Assembly (NCBI GenBank): GCA_965205485.1
Contig: OZ242180.1
Coordinates: 4,480,001-4,544,000 of the forward strand
Source of the DNA: Candidatus Latescibacterota bacterium
GTDB lineage: Bacteria > Latescibacterota > UBA2968 > GCA-2709665
DNA length: 64,000 nt
Direction: 5' to 3'
A program made the translations under genes and the position numbers. Positions 28,724 to 39,911 of this stretch are shown here, one piece after another (position 1 is the stretch's first letter; every line of letters starts with the position of its first letter). The notes beneath the pieces were generated by a model. It worked only from the letters and a program-made list of their open reading frames with translations, was not told where the DNA came from and made no database searches.

Positions 28724-29938
28724 TTAATGTGTCCGCATCGCCCGTGCGGGCGCGACTCTGGCCGCGCGCGTCGCAGGGATCAGGCTCACAAGAACGGCGG
28801 TGCCGAAGGTCAGCACCGCCGGTATCCAGACCGAACGGAATGAAACCATACTGATCAGCCGATCGAAGACATAGCCGCCGTATTCCACGGGCGTCGGGTA
28901 GAGGATACCGTGTTCGGCCAGGACGGTGTTGGAGATGACGCCCAGTACACCGCCGACCAGCGCGCCCAAAACCGATAGAAGGGCGGTCTCGACCAGAATC
29001 AGGAGAAACACGGCAGCCGGTCGCGTACCCAGCGCCCGCAGCACGCCGAATTCCCGTGTACGCTCCATAATGGCCATCAATACCGTATTCAACACGCCGA
29101 TGGCCACGATCAAATTGATGATGCCGAGCGATATCCACATTCCCTGGAGGTCGGCCTGCATCGCCCGGTAAAACGCCTTCTCCACCACCTGCCACGGCGA
29201 GACCTCCACCGGACCGCGGGTCAGAAGGCCCTCCAGTTGACCGGCGACACGCTCCGAAGCCGAGGCGTCCGCAAGCACAACCGCCACTTCGTGGACACGA
29301 CGCCCCAACTCCAGGAAACGCTGCGCCTCCTCGAGGTGCATATACAGGGCGACGCGCTGGTACGGGTCCCCGGCGTCACCCACGATTCCCGCAACGCGGT
29401 AGACGTCGTTGGCAATGGATCCGTCCGCAGCCTGCCCGATCAAGATCACCTCACCGCCGGTGGTTGCGCCCAACGCCTCCGCCAATCCATGGCCAAGCAT
29501 CACCTCCAACCCGGGGCGCCCTTTCAGAAACCGACCCGCCGACACCTGCAATCTGAGACGGGTTGTACGTGCTTCGCGGCCGGGCAACACGCCGACAATC
29601 CGCGCCCCCGTGGTCTTGTTTCCCGCCGCGGCCAGTACCGGCGAATACACCCGGGGCGTCCATGCCGCGACAACGTCCAGAGACTCGATGGTCTCCCCCA
29701 CCCGATCCGGATCGTCGATGGTATTGTACAGGGTGGGTCTGTCAAGATAGCCCTCGCCATGAATCTGAATGTGGCCTGTCCGGTCTCTGGTAAACGCCTC
29801 GATCAGCCCAAGATACGTGCCATCCGAAATCCCGATGGACAGCGAGCACAGCGCGAACCCCCCCGCCATTGCCGCCAGGGTCAACACCGACCGCCGCCGC
29901 TGGCGAAAGCAATTCCGAAACGCGATTCTGAGCACCAT
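28724..29938 (-). CDS. FtsX/LolC-E-like ABC permease
   Basis: AFRNCFRQRRRS and NTVLMAIMERTREFGVLRALG. Confidence 0.9.
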   Translation of the reverse strand: MVLRIAFRNCFRQRRRSVLTLAAMAGGFALCSLSIGISDGTYLGLIEAFTRDRTGHIQIHGEGYLDRPTLYNTIDDPDRVGETIESLDVVAAWTPRVYSPVLAAAGNKTTGARIVGVLPGREARTTRLRLQVSAGRFLKGRPGLEVMLGHGLAEALGATTGGEVILIGQAADGSIANDVYRVAGIVGDAGDPYQRVALYMHLEEAQRFLELGRRVHEVAVVLADASASERVAGQLEGLLTRGPVEVSPWQVVEKAFYRAMQADLQGMWISLGIINLIVAIGVLNTVLMAIMERTREFGVLRALGTRPAAVFLLILVETALLSVLGALVGGVLGVISNTVLAEHGILYPTPVEYGGYVFDRLISMVSFRSVWIPAVLTFGTAVLVSLIPATRAARVAPARAMRTH

Positions 29939-30023
29939 CGACGGCCTTCCCGGGAGTCGCGTGTGTCTTTCCGGGGTTCCCGGATTCACTGTTTCAGCGT
30001 TACGACGGTCCGCTGTATGCGGA

Positions 30024-30806
30024 TCATCTGCGGCGCCGCAGATTCCGACGGGTAAACGTGTCCTTTGCCGGGGGTCTGTCGAAATGCGCATCCAGGTATC
30101 GTATCACCGTACGGTGCCCGTCTTTCTTCAAGGGCTTCATTTCCAGTACCGCGGGCAAGGTCCTTCCACCGAAATCCGTGGGACCCGAAAACGTCATTTC
30201 CCGCATCGGATCGCCACTCTCGTCGAAGTACACGTACGACACCGGTATCAGATCGGACTTTCGGATCGTGAGTACGATCCTGCCCCATACCGTGGGCGTC
30301 TCCTCCCTCGGAGTCAGCACGATTTCGTATACGGAGTCGTTCCCCGGCGTCCCGAATGCGGGGTGGTAGTCCACCGCCAGCGAACTCTCCTTCACCAGGT
30401 CGTCATTGGTAAAATCCGAGCCCATCCAGGACCCCATCATCATCGAAGGCGGAACCTTGATGACTTTGTTGATCCTGGGAAAATAATTCCACATCTCCGT
30501 GCCCACACGCAACGTCGAGGTACCGGCTTCCTTCTTCGGCGCCAGTATGGTGACAAAGGTCTTGCGCATTCCTTCGGTCCACATCTTCATCCGAAGCGTC
30601 CGCCGCCAGTGGGGCGTCCGGATTTCCATCTCCAGTTCCGCGTAACTGGTTTCGCTTCGGTACAGGCGGTCCATGCGGTCCACGAGAACCTGTATATCGC
30701 GGATCTCTTCTGCAGGAGCGCCGCCCGCGAATGAGTCAGGCGGCCCGGTCAGTGCCAGAGTACGCGTTCTGAGCATCAGGTACACCCTCTGCTGTCGGAT
30801 CGTCAC
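30024..30806 (-). CDS. Outer-membrane lipoprotein-sorting (LolA-like) protein
   Basis: MWNYFP..KVPPSMMMGSWMGSDFTNDDL signature. Confidence 0.85.
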   Translation of the reverse strand: MTIRQQRVYLMLRTRTLALTGPPDSFAGGAPAEEIRDIQVLVDRMDRLYRSETSYAELEMEIRTPHWRRTLRMKMWTEGMRKTFVTILAPKKEAGTSTLRVGTEMWNYFPRINKVIKVPPSMMMGSWMGSDFTNDDLVKESSLAVDYHPAFGTPGNDSVYEIVLTPREETPTVWGRIVLTIRKSDLIPVSYVYFDESGDPMREMTFSGPTDFGGRTLPAVLEMKPLKKDGHRTVIRYLDAHFDRPPAKDTFTRRNLRRRR

Positions 30807-31558
30807 CGCTTCCAGAATGGACTCGCCGCGTCCGAAAATACGACTCGCCCGAAGTCATCGGGAGCGTGAAACTGCGGCTCCGGCGTCCGACTGGGGCGCC
30901 ACTGGCTGAACTGGGCGTTGGTCTTGCCGCCGAGCCGGTTCAGGTTCAGGTTCCACACGTCGCCCGGCGCCGGCGGCGTATGCTTCGCAACGCCGGCGAA
31001 ATTCTCGAAGGGTATGGCAGCCTCGAGGACCCAGTACGAGTCGGTATCCGCGTCGTCGTTCAACGTACCCGCGATAAACGTCGAAACCTGAAGACCCTTT
31101 GCCCGCCACCCGGTGTCCACGACTTCGCCCGCCCCCTTCGGATTGAACCGGTCCAGAAAAATGCTCAATACATTCATCTCGATATTGAAATAAACGTGCG
31201 GGCGGTCGGGGTCCGGCGCGGTAAACACCTCCACACAGTCGTCATCGTACACGTCGCTGTTGCGCAGGGTGTGGTCTGCCCAGATATGGGCGTCTTCACA
31301 AATGTACGACACGTACAGATGGGTATCGTCCCATAGCATCTTGGCTACGGTCTGCTCCTGTTTGCCGTCGATGTACCACGGGAAAACGAACGCCCCAACG
31401 TCGGGCGCCGCCACCCACGCGGGTTCGTCCAGGCGTCCATCGACCGTGATCGGCGTTCCGGCGCGATAGATCGTGTAACCCGGCCGACCTTCGGCCTGCG
31501 CCGAATCCACCGCCATCAATACCGCGGCGATAACAAGACACGCCAGCAGAAACTCCAT
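30803..31558 (-). CDS. Carbohydrate-binding family 9-like protein
   Basis: Signal peptide, VDGRLDEPAW, LWDD..LY, DDCVEVF and EAAIPF. Confidence 0.85.
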   Translation of the reverse strand: MEFLLACLVIAAVLMAVDSAQAEGRPGYTIYRAGTPITVDGRLDEPAWVAAPDVGAFVFPWYIDGKQEQTVAKMLWDDTHLYVSYICEDAHIWADHTLRNSDVYDDDCVEVFTAPDPDRPHVYFNIEMNVLSIFLDRFNPKGAGEVVDTGWRAKGLQVSTFIAGTLNDDADTDSYWVLEAAIPFENFAGVAKHTPPAPGDVWNLNLNRLGGKTNAQFSQWRPSRTPEPQFHAPDDFGRVVFSDAASPFWKR

Positions 31559-31588
31559 CTTCCGGCCTCCTTTTCCTGGCAATCGAGG

Positions 31589-32365
31589 TCAATCTGTCGG
31601 CTCGCACAACGTGCGTAGAAACGCGGCATCCGCCATCAGCGCGGCCCCCGGATCGTCCTCCCTGACGAACTCGACTTCCAGATAACCGTCGAAACCCGCC
31701 GCGGAAAGCTCCCGGACGACCGCGCGGTAGTCCACGTACCCGGCCGATATCAGGCTGCGCTCGTTCCGCCCCCGAGCGGCATAGTTCTGGGCGTGCACGG
31801 TTGCCACGTGCGGCGCCACCTGCCGCGCCACCGCAACGACCCGTGAGGCGCCGTCCGTGTACATCGGCTGGAAGTTCAAATGAAAATTGGGCCGGTCCAC
31901 GCCCTCCACCAATCTCAGACTGCCCCCGGCCGTATCGCACAGGTATCCCAGGTGCATCTCCAGCACAAGGCTCACGCCCCGGTCAGCGGCGCGGTCGGCG
32001 AACCGGCGGAATCGGGAGATCGCCCTCCGCCAGTCCTCGTCTGTCGCCTCGTCCGAACCGCAGGACCCCGCCCAGACCCGGATTCTGTCCGTACCCAGGT
32101 CGGATGCGGTATCCAGTCCTTCCGCCATCTCCCGTTCGAATCCGACCGAGACCGGATTGATGTACGATCCGTACTGCGATACTTCCAGCCCTCGCTCCCG
32201 GATGGCCCGGGCGATCCGCCGGTTCTCCTCCGCCTTGTACTCAACGGGCATATGATCCGGTTTTCCCCACGGCTCGACGCCGTCGAAACCGGCCCTGACG
32301 GCAAGATCCAGGACGTCCTCGAACGGCCTGTCTTTAAACGCGATCGTGCACAGCGCGGTCTTCAT
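31589..32365 (-). CDS. Sugar phosphate isomerase/epimerase TIM barrel
   Basis: GFDGVE, VLEMH and YLEVEF. Confidence 0.88.
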   Translation of the reverse strand: MKTALCTIAFKDRPFEDVLDLAVRAGFDGVEPWGKPDHMPVEYKAEENRRIARAIRERGLEVSQYGSYINPVSVGFEREMAEGLDTASDLGTDRIRVWAGSCGSDEATDEDWRRAISRFRRFADRAADRGVSLVLEMHLGYLCDTAGGSLRLVEGVDRPNFHLNFQPMYTDGASRVVAVARQVAPHVATVHAQNYAARGRNERSLISAGYVDYRAVVRELSAAGFDGYLEVEFVREDDPGAALMADAAFLRTLCEPTD

Positions 32366-32653
32366 CGCCCCGTCTCCTCCGAAATGGACCCATAATACCC
32401 CGACCTCGATCCGATGTCAAACCGTATGACGGCATGCCGATGCGATTCGATCGACCGGCCGGCCGGAAAAGAAACAGGGACTACTTCGCCTGCGTGAATA
32501 AACGATCCGGTTGACAGAACCCCTGACCTTTTTTAATTTAGCCGGACGCAGTGGAGTCCGGTTTCCGGACCCGATTTGCCCTCAATTTCGCGAAGGATGC
32601 GGAAAGACGAGAATCCTGATCAACTGTTACTGTCGATTTCCGGAAGGAAGTAA

Positions 32654-33493
32654 ATGGACCGTTTCAAATTCGGAATTCTGGAAGATGTAATTCAGTCGAA
32701 CTGGGTGAATGTGTTCCCACGAGCGAAGGCGCTCGGTTACGACGGCGTTGAGCTGGGCGTTCGGGCAGGCACCTACCGCGCCTCCGACCTCTGGAACGAT
32801 GAGGGCATCGACGCGCTGGGACAGCGCGCTGAATCGGCCGGCGTTCCTGTCTTCTCCGTGTGTCTTCACACGTTCTGGCATTTCACCTTTGCCGACCCGG
32901 ACGTGGCGAATCGATTCATGGCCAAACAGATCGTCTTCCAGGCCATTCACGCCTGCAACGTCCTGGGCATCGGGACCATACTCATTCCGGTCACGAATCC
33001 GCTGGGATTGCCCCCGCGCGAGGCCGCCCATCGCTGGGCATACGAAACACGCGCCGTTGCCTCACAGGCGGCCGTCCAGGGCGTCCGCATCGGCCTGGAG
33101 AACGTGGGTCGCAGCCACGTCGTGACCGGTGAACAGATGATGGAGTTGATCGATGCGGTGGACAATCCGTACGTTGGGGCCTACTTCGACGTTGGCAACG
33201 CGCAGATGCTGGGCAGCAACTCCGTCGCGGATATCCGCTGCCTGGGAGACCGGATTGTACAGGTCCACATCAAAGACCCGCGAACAGACCGGGCTCCGTG
33301 TTACGTGGGCGAGGGCGAAATCGACCTGGAAGGCTGCCTGAAGGCGTTGATTGACGTGGAATACGCCGGCCCGCTCGTGTTTGAGACGCCATCTATGGAC
33401 GACGCGCTGTCAACCGCGGAACGTAACCTGCGAACCCTGAAATCCCTCGTCGAATCGGCCGCCGGGGAACCGAACGGCAACGCGAATTCGTGA
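32654..33493 (+). CDS. Sugar phosphate isomerase/epimerase TIM barrel
   Basis: GYDGVE, GLENV, YFDVGN and VHIKD. Confidence 0.88.
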   Translation: MDRFKFGILEDVIQSNWVNVFPRAKALGYDGVELGVRAGTYRASDLWNDEGIDALGQRAESAGVPVFSVCLHTFWHFTFADPDVANRFMAKQIVFQAIHACNVLGIGTILIPVTNPLGLPPREAAHRWAYETRAVASQAAVQGVRIGLENVGRSHVVTGEQMMELIDAVDNPYVGAYFDVGNAQMLGSNSVADIRCLGDRIVQVHIKDPRTDRAPCYVGEGEIDLEGCLKALIDVEYAGPLVFETPSMDDALSTAERNLRTLKSLVESAAGEPNGNANS

Positions 33494-33537
33494 ACGCGCG
33501 CTGGAATTCAATCCGCGGGAATTATTCTTCCGCTCGT

Positions 33538-34305
33538 CTACGTTTTCGGTTTCCGTTTCCCGAACGCGTAAGCCAGTCCGTGCAGCACAAGATCGGGTTC
33601 GGAATCGTGCGTCGATTTGAGAAAGGGCGAAAGGACGTGCGCGTCCCCGCCGGTGAGGACGACCCTCGGCGACCGGTCCGCTGCGTCGCTCAGCTCTTCC
33701 ACCACCCTGTCCACGGCGCCTGCCGCACCGAACAACACACCCGCCCGTATACACTCCCGCGTGTCCCGTCCCACCGCAGATGCAGGCGCCTCGAGGTTGA
33801 CTTCCGGCAGCAGACTGGTCTCCGATGACAGCGCGTTCGCCATCGCCTTCAGCCCCGGCGAGATCGTGCCGCCCATAAAACATCCTGCGGAGGAAACCAG
33901 GTCGACGGTAAGGGCCGTCCCGGCGTCAACGACAATGACGGCGCCGCGGACCCGCCTGAACGCGGCCCCCGCAGCCAGAAGCCGGTCGACGCCCACCGCC
34001 TCGGGCTTCTCCACGGCGACGTCGATCCCGGGATCGGTCCGGGGATCGGCCTCGATCAGGTCGCAACCCGCCACCGACCGGACGGCCCTGCCCATCACAT
34101 CCGTCATACCTCTTACCACCGACGACGCAATGGCGCCTCCCAACTCGGTGGCCCCTATGCCCGCGCGTTCCAGTACATTGCCGAGGCGCGTTGCGTATAC
34201 AGCGCTCGCAAGCTCCGTGTCCATGCGCCAGCGAGTCCGCAGTTCCTCGCCGTCGAACACGGCGCAGCCGATGCTGGAATTCCCGATGTCAAATACAAGA
34301 AACAT
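33538..34305 (-). CDS. coaX: Type III pantothenate kinase
   Basis: FDIGNS, VGVDR, VVDAGTALTVD and GGTISPG. Confidence 0.93.
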   Translation of the reverse strand: MFLVFDIGNSSIGCAVFDGEELRTRWRMDTELASAVYATRLGNVLERAGIGATELGGAIASSVVRGMTDVMGRAVRSVAGCDLIEADPRTDPGIDVAVEKPEAVGVDRLLAAGAAFRRVRGAVIVVDAGTALTVDLVSSAGCFMGGTISPGLKAMANALSSETSLLPEVNLEAPASAVGRDTRECIRAGVLFGAAGAVDRVVEELSDAADRSPRVVLTGGDAHVLSPFLKSTHDSEPDLVLHGLAYAFGKRKPKT

Positions 34306-34369
34306 TCAGGTTTGGCGTGCTGTCCGAAAACCGCGGACCCACAATCAAGGCCCCGTCAGTGAAGGAACG

Positions 34370-35404
34370 CTAAACACTCGTATCGCCTCCAACGTCCCCG
34401 GCCACGACCCTCCTGACCCCGCCGTCCGCACCGCGCACCAGCAACCCGCCATCGGTTCCGACGTCCTCCGCCACACCCCGGACAGGGCCTTCATGCGTCA
34501 TGATGCAAACCCTTTTGCCCGGCATCCGGGCTTTACGCTTCCACAGTTTCCTTATTCTTTCCGCATCGAGCACCGCGTAAACCTGTTCCAGCGCCCGCAA
34601 CGCTTCGGCCAGAAACGCCGTCCGGTCATGCATCCGGCCCGTGCCGCACCGGAGGGAGGTCGCGGTATCCTGCAGACCCGCGGGAAAGTCGTCTTCTTCC
34701 TGATTGACGTTGATCCCGATTCCGAGAACGGCGAAGTCCAGTCTGCCGTCTCCGCCACGCACCTCGGTAAGGATGCCCGCCAGCTTGCGATCGTTCAGGT
34801 ACAGGTCGTTCGGCCACCTGACGTCCGGGCATACTCCGGTTGCAGCCTCAACGGCGTCGGCGAGAGCGACGGCCGCGCCGAGGGTAAGCATCCAGGCGCG
34901 TGACACCGTCAAATCGTAACGGAGTATCAGCGAGAACCAGAGCCCCACGCCGGGCGGCGAAAACCAGCTTCTGCCCAGGCGCCCCCGACCGGCCCTTTGA
35001 TGTTCCGCAAGCACCACGGTTCCGTGCGCCGCGCCGGCCAGAGCGGCCCGGGTCGCCAGGGCATTGGTCGAATCCAGCTCCAGGAAGCAGACGGGCGACC
35101 GGCCCAGGAAACGGGTGCCGAGTCCATCCAGAAGGCGGCTCCGGACGATCACGTCGGTATCGGTGGCCAGGCGAACGCCCGCTTCGGGACAATCCGAAAC
35201 AGAATAACCCAGACGACGTATCACCTCTACCGCGTCGCGCACGTCGTCGGGACCGCACGAGAGCGCAAAGGCAATATCCCGAACAGGAACTGGCGTTGTC
35301 CGCTGTTTGCCAAGCGTCTCGAGAACCCGATACGCGATCGGCGTTTCAGCGCTACCCGTGAAGCCTGTAGACCCCGTCGTGAAATACGCCCGTTTCGCGC
35401 TCAT
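34370..35404 (-). CDS. birA: Biotin--[acetyl-CoA-carboxylase] ligase with N-terminal wHTH
   Basis: DSTN, QRAGRGRLGRSW, WPND..KLAGIL and GIGINVN. Confidence 0.93.
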   Translation of the reverse strand: MSAKRAYFTTGSTGFTGSAETPIAYRVLETLGKQRTTPVPVRDIAFALSCGPDDVRDAVEVIRRLGYSVSDCPEAGVRLATDTDVIVRSRLLDGLGTRFLGRSPVCFLELDSTNALATRAALAGAAHGTVVLAEHQRAGRGRLGRSWFSPPGVGLWFSLILRYDLTVSRAWMLTLGAAVALADAVEAATGVCPDVRWPNDLYLNDRKLAGILTEVRGGDGRLDFAVLGIGINVNQEEDDFPAGLQDTATSLRCGTGRMHDRTAFLAEALRALEQVYAVLDAERIRKLWKRKARMPGKRVCIMTHEGPVRGVAEDVGTDGGLLVRGADGGVRRVVAGDVGGDTSV

Positions 35405-36267
35405 TGGAACAGCAGGCTCATATCCATGGCGTACGCCGAGTGCGTCAATGCGCCAACCGAAATCAGGTCCACGCCGGTCTCGGCAACGGTGCGAACGGTC
35501 TTGAGGGTGACGTTTCCGGATGCTTCGAGTTGCGGCCTTTCCGGCCCGGCGGCCCTCACCCGCGCCACCGCGAGGCGAATCGTGCCCGGATCCATGTTGT
35601 CCAGCATCACCCGGTCCACGCCCGCGGCCAGCGCGTCGTCCAGTTCGCGAAGGGTCTTCACTTCCACTTCGATCATCACCCGCTTGCGGTCCCTGGCCAT
35701 GGCCGACTTCACCGCCGCCACCGCCGGTCCGATGCCGTCGGCCGCTTCGATGTGGTTTTCCTTCAGCAGCACCATATCATGCAGGCCGGAACGGTGGTTC
35801 GTTCCTCCCCCGGCGGCGACCGCATATTTGTCCAGTATCCGCAGCCCCGGCGACGTCTTCCGTGTGTCAAGAATCCTGACGCCCGTACCGGCAACGGCGG
35901 CCACGAAGGCCGCCGCCAGTGTTGCGATTCCGGACATGCGCTGCAGGAAATTCAATGCCGTCCGCTCCGCCGTCAGGATGCCGCGCGCGGGGCCCGCGAC
36001 CTCCGCCAGCACATCCTCCGCGTCGACGCGCGCGCCATCCTCCGTTCGAGGCGTCACCTGTATTCGAGCGTCGACCCTGTGAAATACCCGTCCGGCAACC
36101 GCCAGACCCGCGATCACACCCGCTTCCCTGGCAACAACGACGGCTCGCGCCCGCGCGTTCGGGCGGACGGTCCATGCGGTTGAAATATCGCCGTCGCCCA
36201 CGTCTTCCACAATCGCGGCGTCGACCACGCGGTCGAGGCCATGCCACTCCGTCAAGTTCCGCATCAC
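35401..36267 (-). CDS. nadC: Quinolinate phosphoribosyltransferase
   Basis: ERTALN, DTRKT, NHRSGL, MLDNM, EASG and ALTHSA. Confidence 0.96.
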   Translation of the reverse strand: MMRNLTEWHGLDRVVDAAIVEDVGDGDISTAWTVRPNARARAVVVAREAGVIAGLAVAGRVFHRVDARIQVTPRTEDGARVDAEDVLAEVAGPARGILTAERTALNFLQRMSGIATLAAAFVAAVAGTGVRILDTRKTSPGLRILDKYAVAAGGGTNHRSGLHDMVLLKENHIEAADGIGPAVAAVKSAMARDRKRVMIEVEVKTLRELDDALAAGVDRVMLDNMDPGTIRLAVARVRAAGPERPQLEASGNVTLKTVRTVAETGVDLISVGALTHSAYAMDMSLLFQ

Positions 36268-36282
36268 TGTCCGTCTTTCCGA

Positions 36283-38292
36283 CTACGCGGCGTCGTCCGA
36301 GACCCCCGTCATGCCCGACTTCAGCTGGTTGATCCGGTCCCTGTATTCGGCCGCCCGCTCGAACGCCAGTTCCGCCGCTGCCCTGGCCATCTTGTCTTCG
36401 AGTTCTGCAATCCTGTCCGGTATATTGGCGCCGGCCTCGTACGCGGACAACTCCTCCGCCGCAGCAGGCATCTCGTCCTGTCCGGCATCCGCGACGGCCG
36501 TCGTCTGCAGGATCTCATCCCGGCTCTTGTAGACCGTCTCGGGCACAACACCCAGCCTCTCGTTGTATGCCTGCTGCACCTGACGCCTGCGGTCGGTCTC
36601 GTCGATTGCCCGCCGGATGGAGTCCGTCACTTCGTCCGCGTACAATATGACCCGGCCGGCCAGATTCCTGGCCGCGCGCCCCGCCGTCTGAATCAGCGAA
36701 CGCGTCGAGCGCAGGAAGCCCTCTTTATCCGCGTCCAGGATCGCGACAAGGGACACTTCCGGCAGGTCCAGTCCTTCGCGCAGCAGATTCACACCCACCA
36801 GAACGTCGAACTCGCCAAGACGCAGCGCCCTGATGATATCGACACGTTCCAATGAGTCGATTTCCGAATGCATATAGCGCGCGCGTATACCCAGATCCCG
36901 CATGTATTCGGCCAGGTCCTCGGACATTCTCTTGGTCAGCGCGGTGACCAGCACACGTTCCCTTCGGTCCACACGCTCGCGGACCTCGTCGATCAGATCG
37001 TCAACCTGACCGCGCACGGGACGCACCAGCATCTCCGGATCCAGAATCCCGGTCGGACGAATGATCTGTTCGACCACAATTCCCTTGGTCATTTCCAGTT
37101 CATAGTCCGCGGGCGTAGCGGACATGAAGATCGCCGCATTGACCTTGCCTTCGAATTCATCGAAATAGAGCGGACGGTTGTCCAGAGCGGCGGGCAGCCG
37201 GAACCCGTGTTCCACCAGTGTCGTCTTCCGTGACCGGTCGGCGTTCCACATTCCGCGGATCTGCGGCAGCGTCACGTGCGACTCGTCGATGACGATCAGG
37301 AACTCCTCCGGGAAATAGTCCAGCAGCACGTGGGGCGGCTGGCCTGGCGCCCTGCCGTCGATGTATCTTGAGTAATTCTCGATTCCGGCGCAGTAGCCGA
37401 TCTCCCGCATCATTTCGATATCGTACCGCGTCCGGGTCTCCAGTCGTTGGGCTTCAAGCAGTTTTCCCTGGCTCTTGAACGCCTCCAGCTGTGCGGCCAT
37501 GTCGATTTCGATCTGCCCGATGGCCTGCTCGATCCGCTGTCCGCTGGTCACGAAGTGCCGTGCCGGATAGATCGCGGCCCGTTCTCGCGAATCCAGCACC
37601 TCCCCGGTCACGGGCCGCACCAGACTGATGGCGTCCACCTCGTCTCCGAAGAATTCCACGCGAACCGGATCGTCCCGGTCGGGTCGATAGATCTCCACCA
37701 CGTCGCCGCGCACGCGAAACGTCCCGGGTCCGAAATCCACGTCGTTTCGCGTATAGTGTATGTCCACCAGCCGGCGAAGCAGTTCGTCCCGGTCCACCCT
37801 GTCCCCCCGGTCGATCATGACGTGCATGCCCTCGTACTCTTCGGGATTGCCGATTCCGTAAATGCAGGATACGCTGGCCACGATGATCACGTCCTGACGC
37901 TCCATCAGCGCACTCGTCGCCCGGAGGCGAAGCCGGTTGATCTCATCGTTGATGTCGGCTTCCTTTTCGATGAACGTATCCGTCACCGGCTTGTACGCCT
38001 CGGGCTGATAGTAGTCGTAGTAGGATATGAAATACTCTACCGCGTTGTCCGGGAAAAACGTCTTGAATTCGCCATACAGCTGAGCCGCCAGCGTCTTGTT
38101 GTGCGAGATAACGAGGGTAGGCGTCTGTATCGCCTCGATGACTTTCGAGATCGTATACGTCTTGCCCGTTCCGGTCGCCCCCAAAAGGGTCTGAAACCGG
38201 TCGCCTCTCCGGATGCCCTCGCTCAATTCAGCGATCGCCTCAGGCTGGTCGCCCGCCGGCTCAAACGGCGCCTTTACCCGAAATCTCTTCAC
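36283..38292 (-). CDS. uvrB: Excinuclease ABC subunit B
   Basis: [34 protein letters not shown] and C-terminal UVR domain. Confidence 0.99.
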   Translation of the reverse strand: MKRFRVKAPFEPAGDQPEAIAELSEGIRRGDRFQTLLGATGTGKTYTISKVIEAIQTPTLVISHNKTLAAQLYGEFKTFFPDNAVEYFISYYDYYQPEAYKPVTDTFIEKEADINDEINRLRLRATSALMERQDVIIVASVSCIYGIGNPEEYEGMHVMIDRGDRVDRDELLRRLVDIHYTRNDVDFGPGTFRVRGDVVEIYRPDRDDPVRVEFFGDEVDAISLVRPVTGEVLDSRERAAIYPARHFVTSGQRIEQAIGQIEIDMAAQLEAFKSQGKLLEAQRLETRTRYDIEMMREIGYCAGIENYSRYIDGRAPGQPPHVLLDYFPEEFLIVIDESHVTLPQIRGMWNADRSRKTTLVEHGFRLPAALDNRPLYFDEFEGKVNAAIFMSATPADYELEMTKGIVVEQIIRPTGILDPEMLVRPVRGQVDDLIDEVRERVDRRERVLVTALTKRMSEDLAEYMRDLGIRARYMHSEIDSLERVDIIRALRLGEFDVLVGVNLLREGLDLPEVSLVAILDADKEGFLRSTRSLIQTAGRAARNLAGRVILYADEVTDSIRRAIDETDRRRQVQQAYNERLGVVPETVYKSRDEILQTTAVADAGQDEMPAAAEELSAYEAGANIPDRIAELEDKMARAAAELAFERAAEYRDRINQLKSGMTGVSDDAA

Positions 38293-38345
38293 TTTCCGCC
38301 TCGTATCACGTTTCCAACCGGAAAACAGTGACCAAATATATGGAA

Positions 38346-38386
38346 AATGTAGACATGGTTCGTCTCAAAAGCAAGAACTATGGTGC
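38346..38386 (-). promoter_or_regulatory. Possible uvrB promoter with an adjacent SOS-box-like site
   Basis: TTGCTT-N17-TACATT; GAAC-TATG-GTGC at 38375-38386. Confidence 0.4.
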
Positions 38387-38622
38387 GAATCTCGTTCCCG
38401 CCAGGATTGACATCGGCCTGGCTGTTCTGCGAGCCGGATCGACCAAAGCCGGCCGACAATCCCCGTCCCGGCCATGAAAATACAGGGAATTCGCGCTTAT
38501 TGTACTTTTATTTCTTGTTCAAACTGGTTAAATTTCTTTGCACAGACGCACGGCCGGGCGCATGGAACGCGCTCGACGGCGTCGCCTGAGGATTCGGGAT
38601 ACCTTCATTGGACCTGTTGCAA

Positions 38623-39792
38623 ATGAAGCCTCACCGTCAACTGGCATTTCCGTTCGTTATTGCCGGCGCCCTCGCCGCTTGCGGCGGCCAGGCGCCCCCC
38701 GCACCCGTCCCACCCCCGGAAACAGTTGGCGAAGCGGGCAGGACGTCGCAGCTGCCATCCAGGAATTTTCTGGACGTCTCGCGATTTCCCATGAACCGTC
38801 TGATCAGCGGCGGCGTTTCCAAAGACGGCATCCCGGCGCTGACCGATCCGGAGTTTGTCCGCGCGGGTTCGGCCAACGCCGCCTATCTTCTGGACGAGGA
38901 CCTGGTACTCGGAGTCACCCTCAACGGCATCGCCAGGGCCTACCCGCACAATATCGGCTGGCACCATGAAATCGTCAACGACGCCGCGAGCGACCGTCAC
39001 CTTGTTGTCACTTTGTGCCCGCTGACCGGAACCGGGATGGTCTTCGACGGCCAGGGCGAGGGCAACGGACGGCTGGAACTCGGGGTCTCCGGCCTGCTGT
39101 TCAACAACAATCTCGTGATGTACGACCGCCGCTTTGAAGACACCCTTTACCCCCAGATGACCCATATCGGCATCAGGGGATACGGAACCGAACAGGAACT
39201 CACGTTGATGCCCGTGGTTGAAACCACCTGGGGCAACTGGAAGAGACTTCACCCCGGCACGCTGGTCGTCAGTTCGGGCTCCACGGGCATGTACCGCCCG
39301 GAGCGGTATTCAACGTACCCCTACACGGGCTACCGCGAGCCGGCGTCGGCACCCATGTTTCCCCTGTTTCCGGATCCGGACGACAATCCCATCCTTTTCG
39401 ATCACCCTCCGAAGGAGATCGTGCTGGGCGTTCGATTCGGAAACGTTGCCAAGGCCTATCCCTTTTCGCAAATGGGCGACGACCGGGCCGTAATCAACGA
39501 TCGGATCGCAGACCAGAACGTCCTCGTCGTTTACGACGCCGCGGCGCGGATGGCACTGCCCTTCAGTCGGGATCTGGGCAATCGGACACTGACGTTCGAG
39601 CGCGCGCCTTCTACGGATCGGCGGTTTTCCTTTATGTTGAAGGACCGGGAAACCGGCAGCATCTGGAACCTGCTGGGCCGGGCGCTGGCAGGCGAACTCA
39701 GGGACAGCCAACTCTATCAGATCCCCGCGCACAATGCATTCTGGTTCGCCTGGGCCACCTTCTGGCAGGACACCGCGGTTTACGAGCCCTGA
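38623..39792 (+). CDS. DUF3179 domain lipoprotein (Cys form)
   Basis: Lipobox LAAC; KDGIPALTDP, RAYP..WHHEIVND, TLCPLTG, SGLLFNNNLVMYDR and FWFAWATF. Confidence 0.88.
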   Translation: MKPHRQLAFPFVIAGALAACGGQAPPAPVPPPETVGEAGRTSQLPSRNFLDVSRFPMNRLISGGVSKDGIPALTDPEFVRAGSANAAYLLDEDLVLGVTLNGIARAYPHNIGWHHEIVNDAASDRHLVVTLCPLTGTGMVFDGQGEGNGRLELGVSGLLFNNNLVMYDRRFEDTLYPQMTHIGIRGYGTEQELTLMPVVETTWGNWKRLHPGTLVVSSGSTGMYRPERYSTYPYTGYREPASAPMFPLFPDPDDNPILFDHPPKEIVLGVRFGNVAKAYPFSQMGDDRAVINDRIADQNVLVVYDAAARMALPFSRDLGNRTLTFERAPSTDRRFSFMLKDRETGSIWNLLGRALAGELRDSQLYQIPAHNAFWFAWATFWQDTAVYEP

Positions 39793-39911
39793 CGGCAGCG
39801 CGAGGGATACACGAAACACCGAATCCGAACGGAATCGCTATCGGGTGTTTCTGAATCGCCATGAACGATGACGCGGTTCACGTGTCCTGATGACGAACCG
39901 TGGTACGTTAC

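Noticed and set aside
33538..38292. uvrB-nadC-birA-coaX linkage as a novel system
   Set aside because: nadC-birA-coaX clustering is common housekeeping synteny
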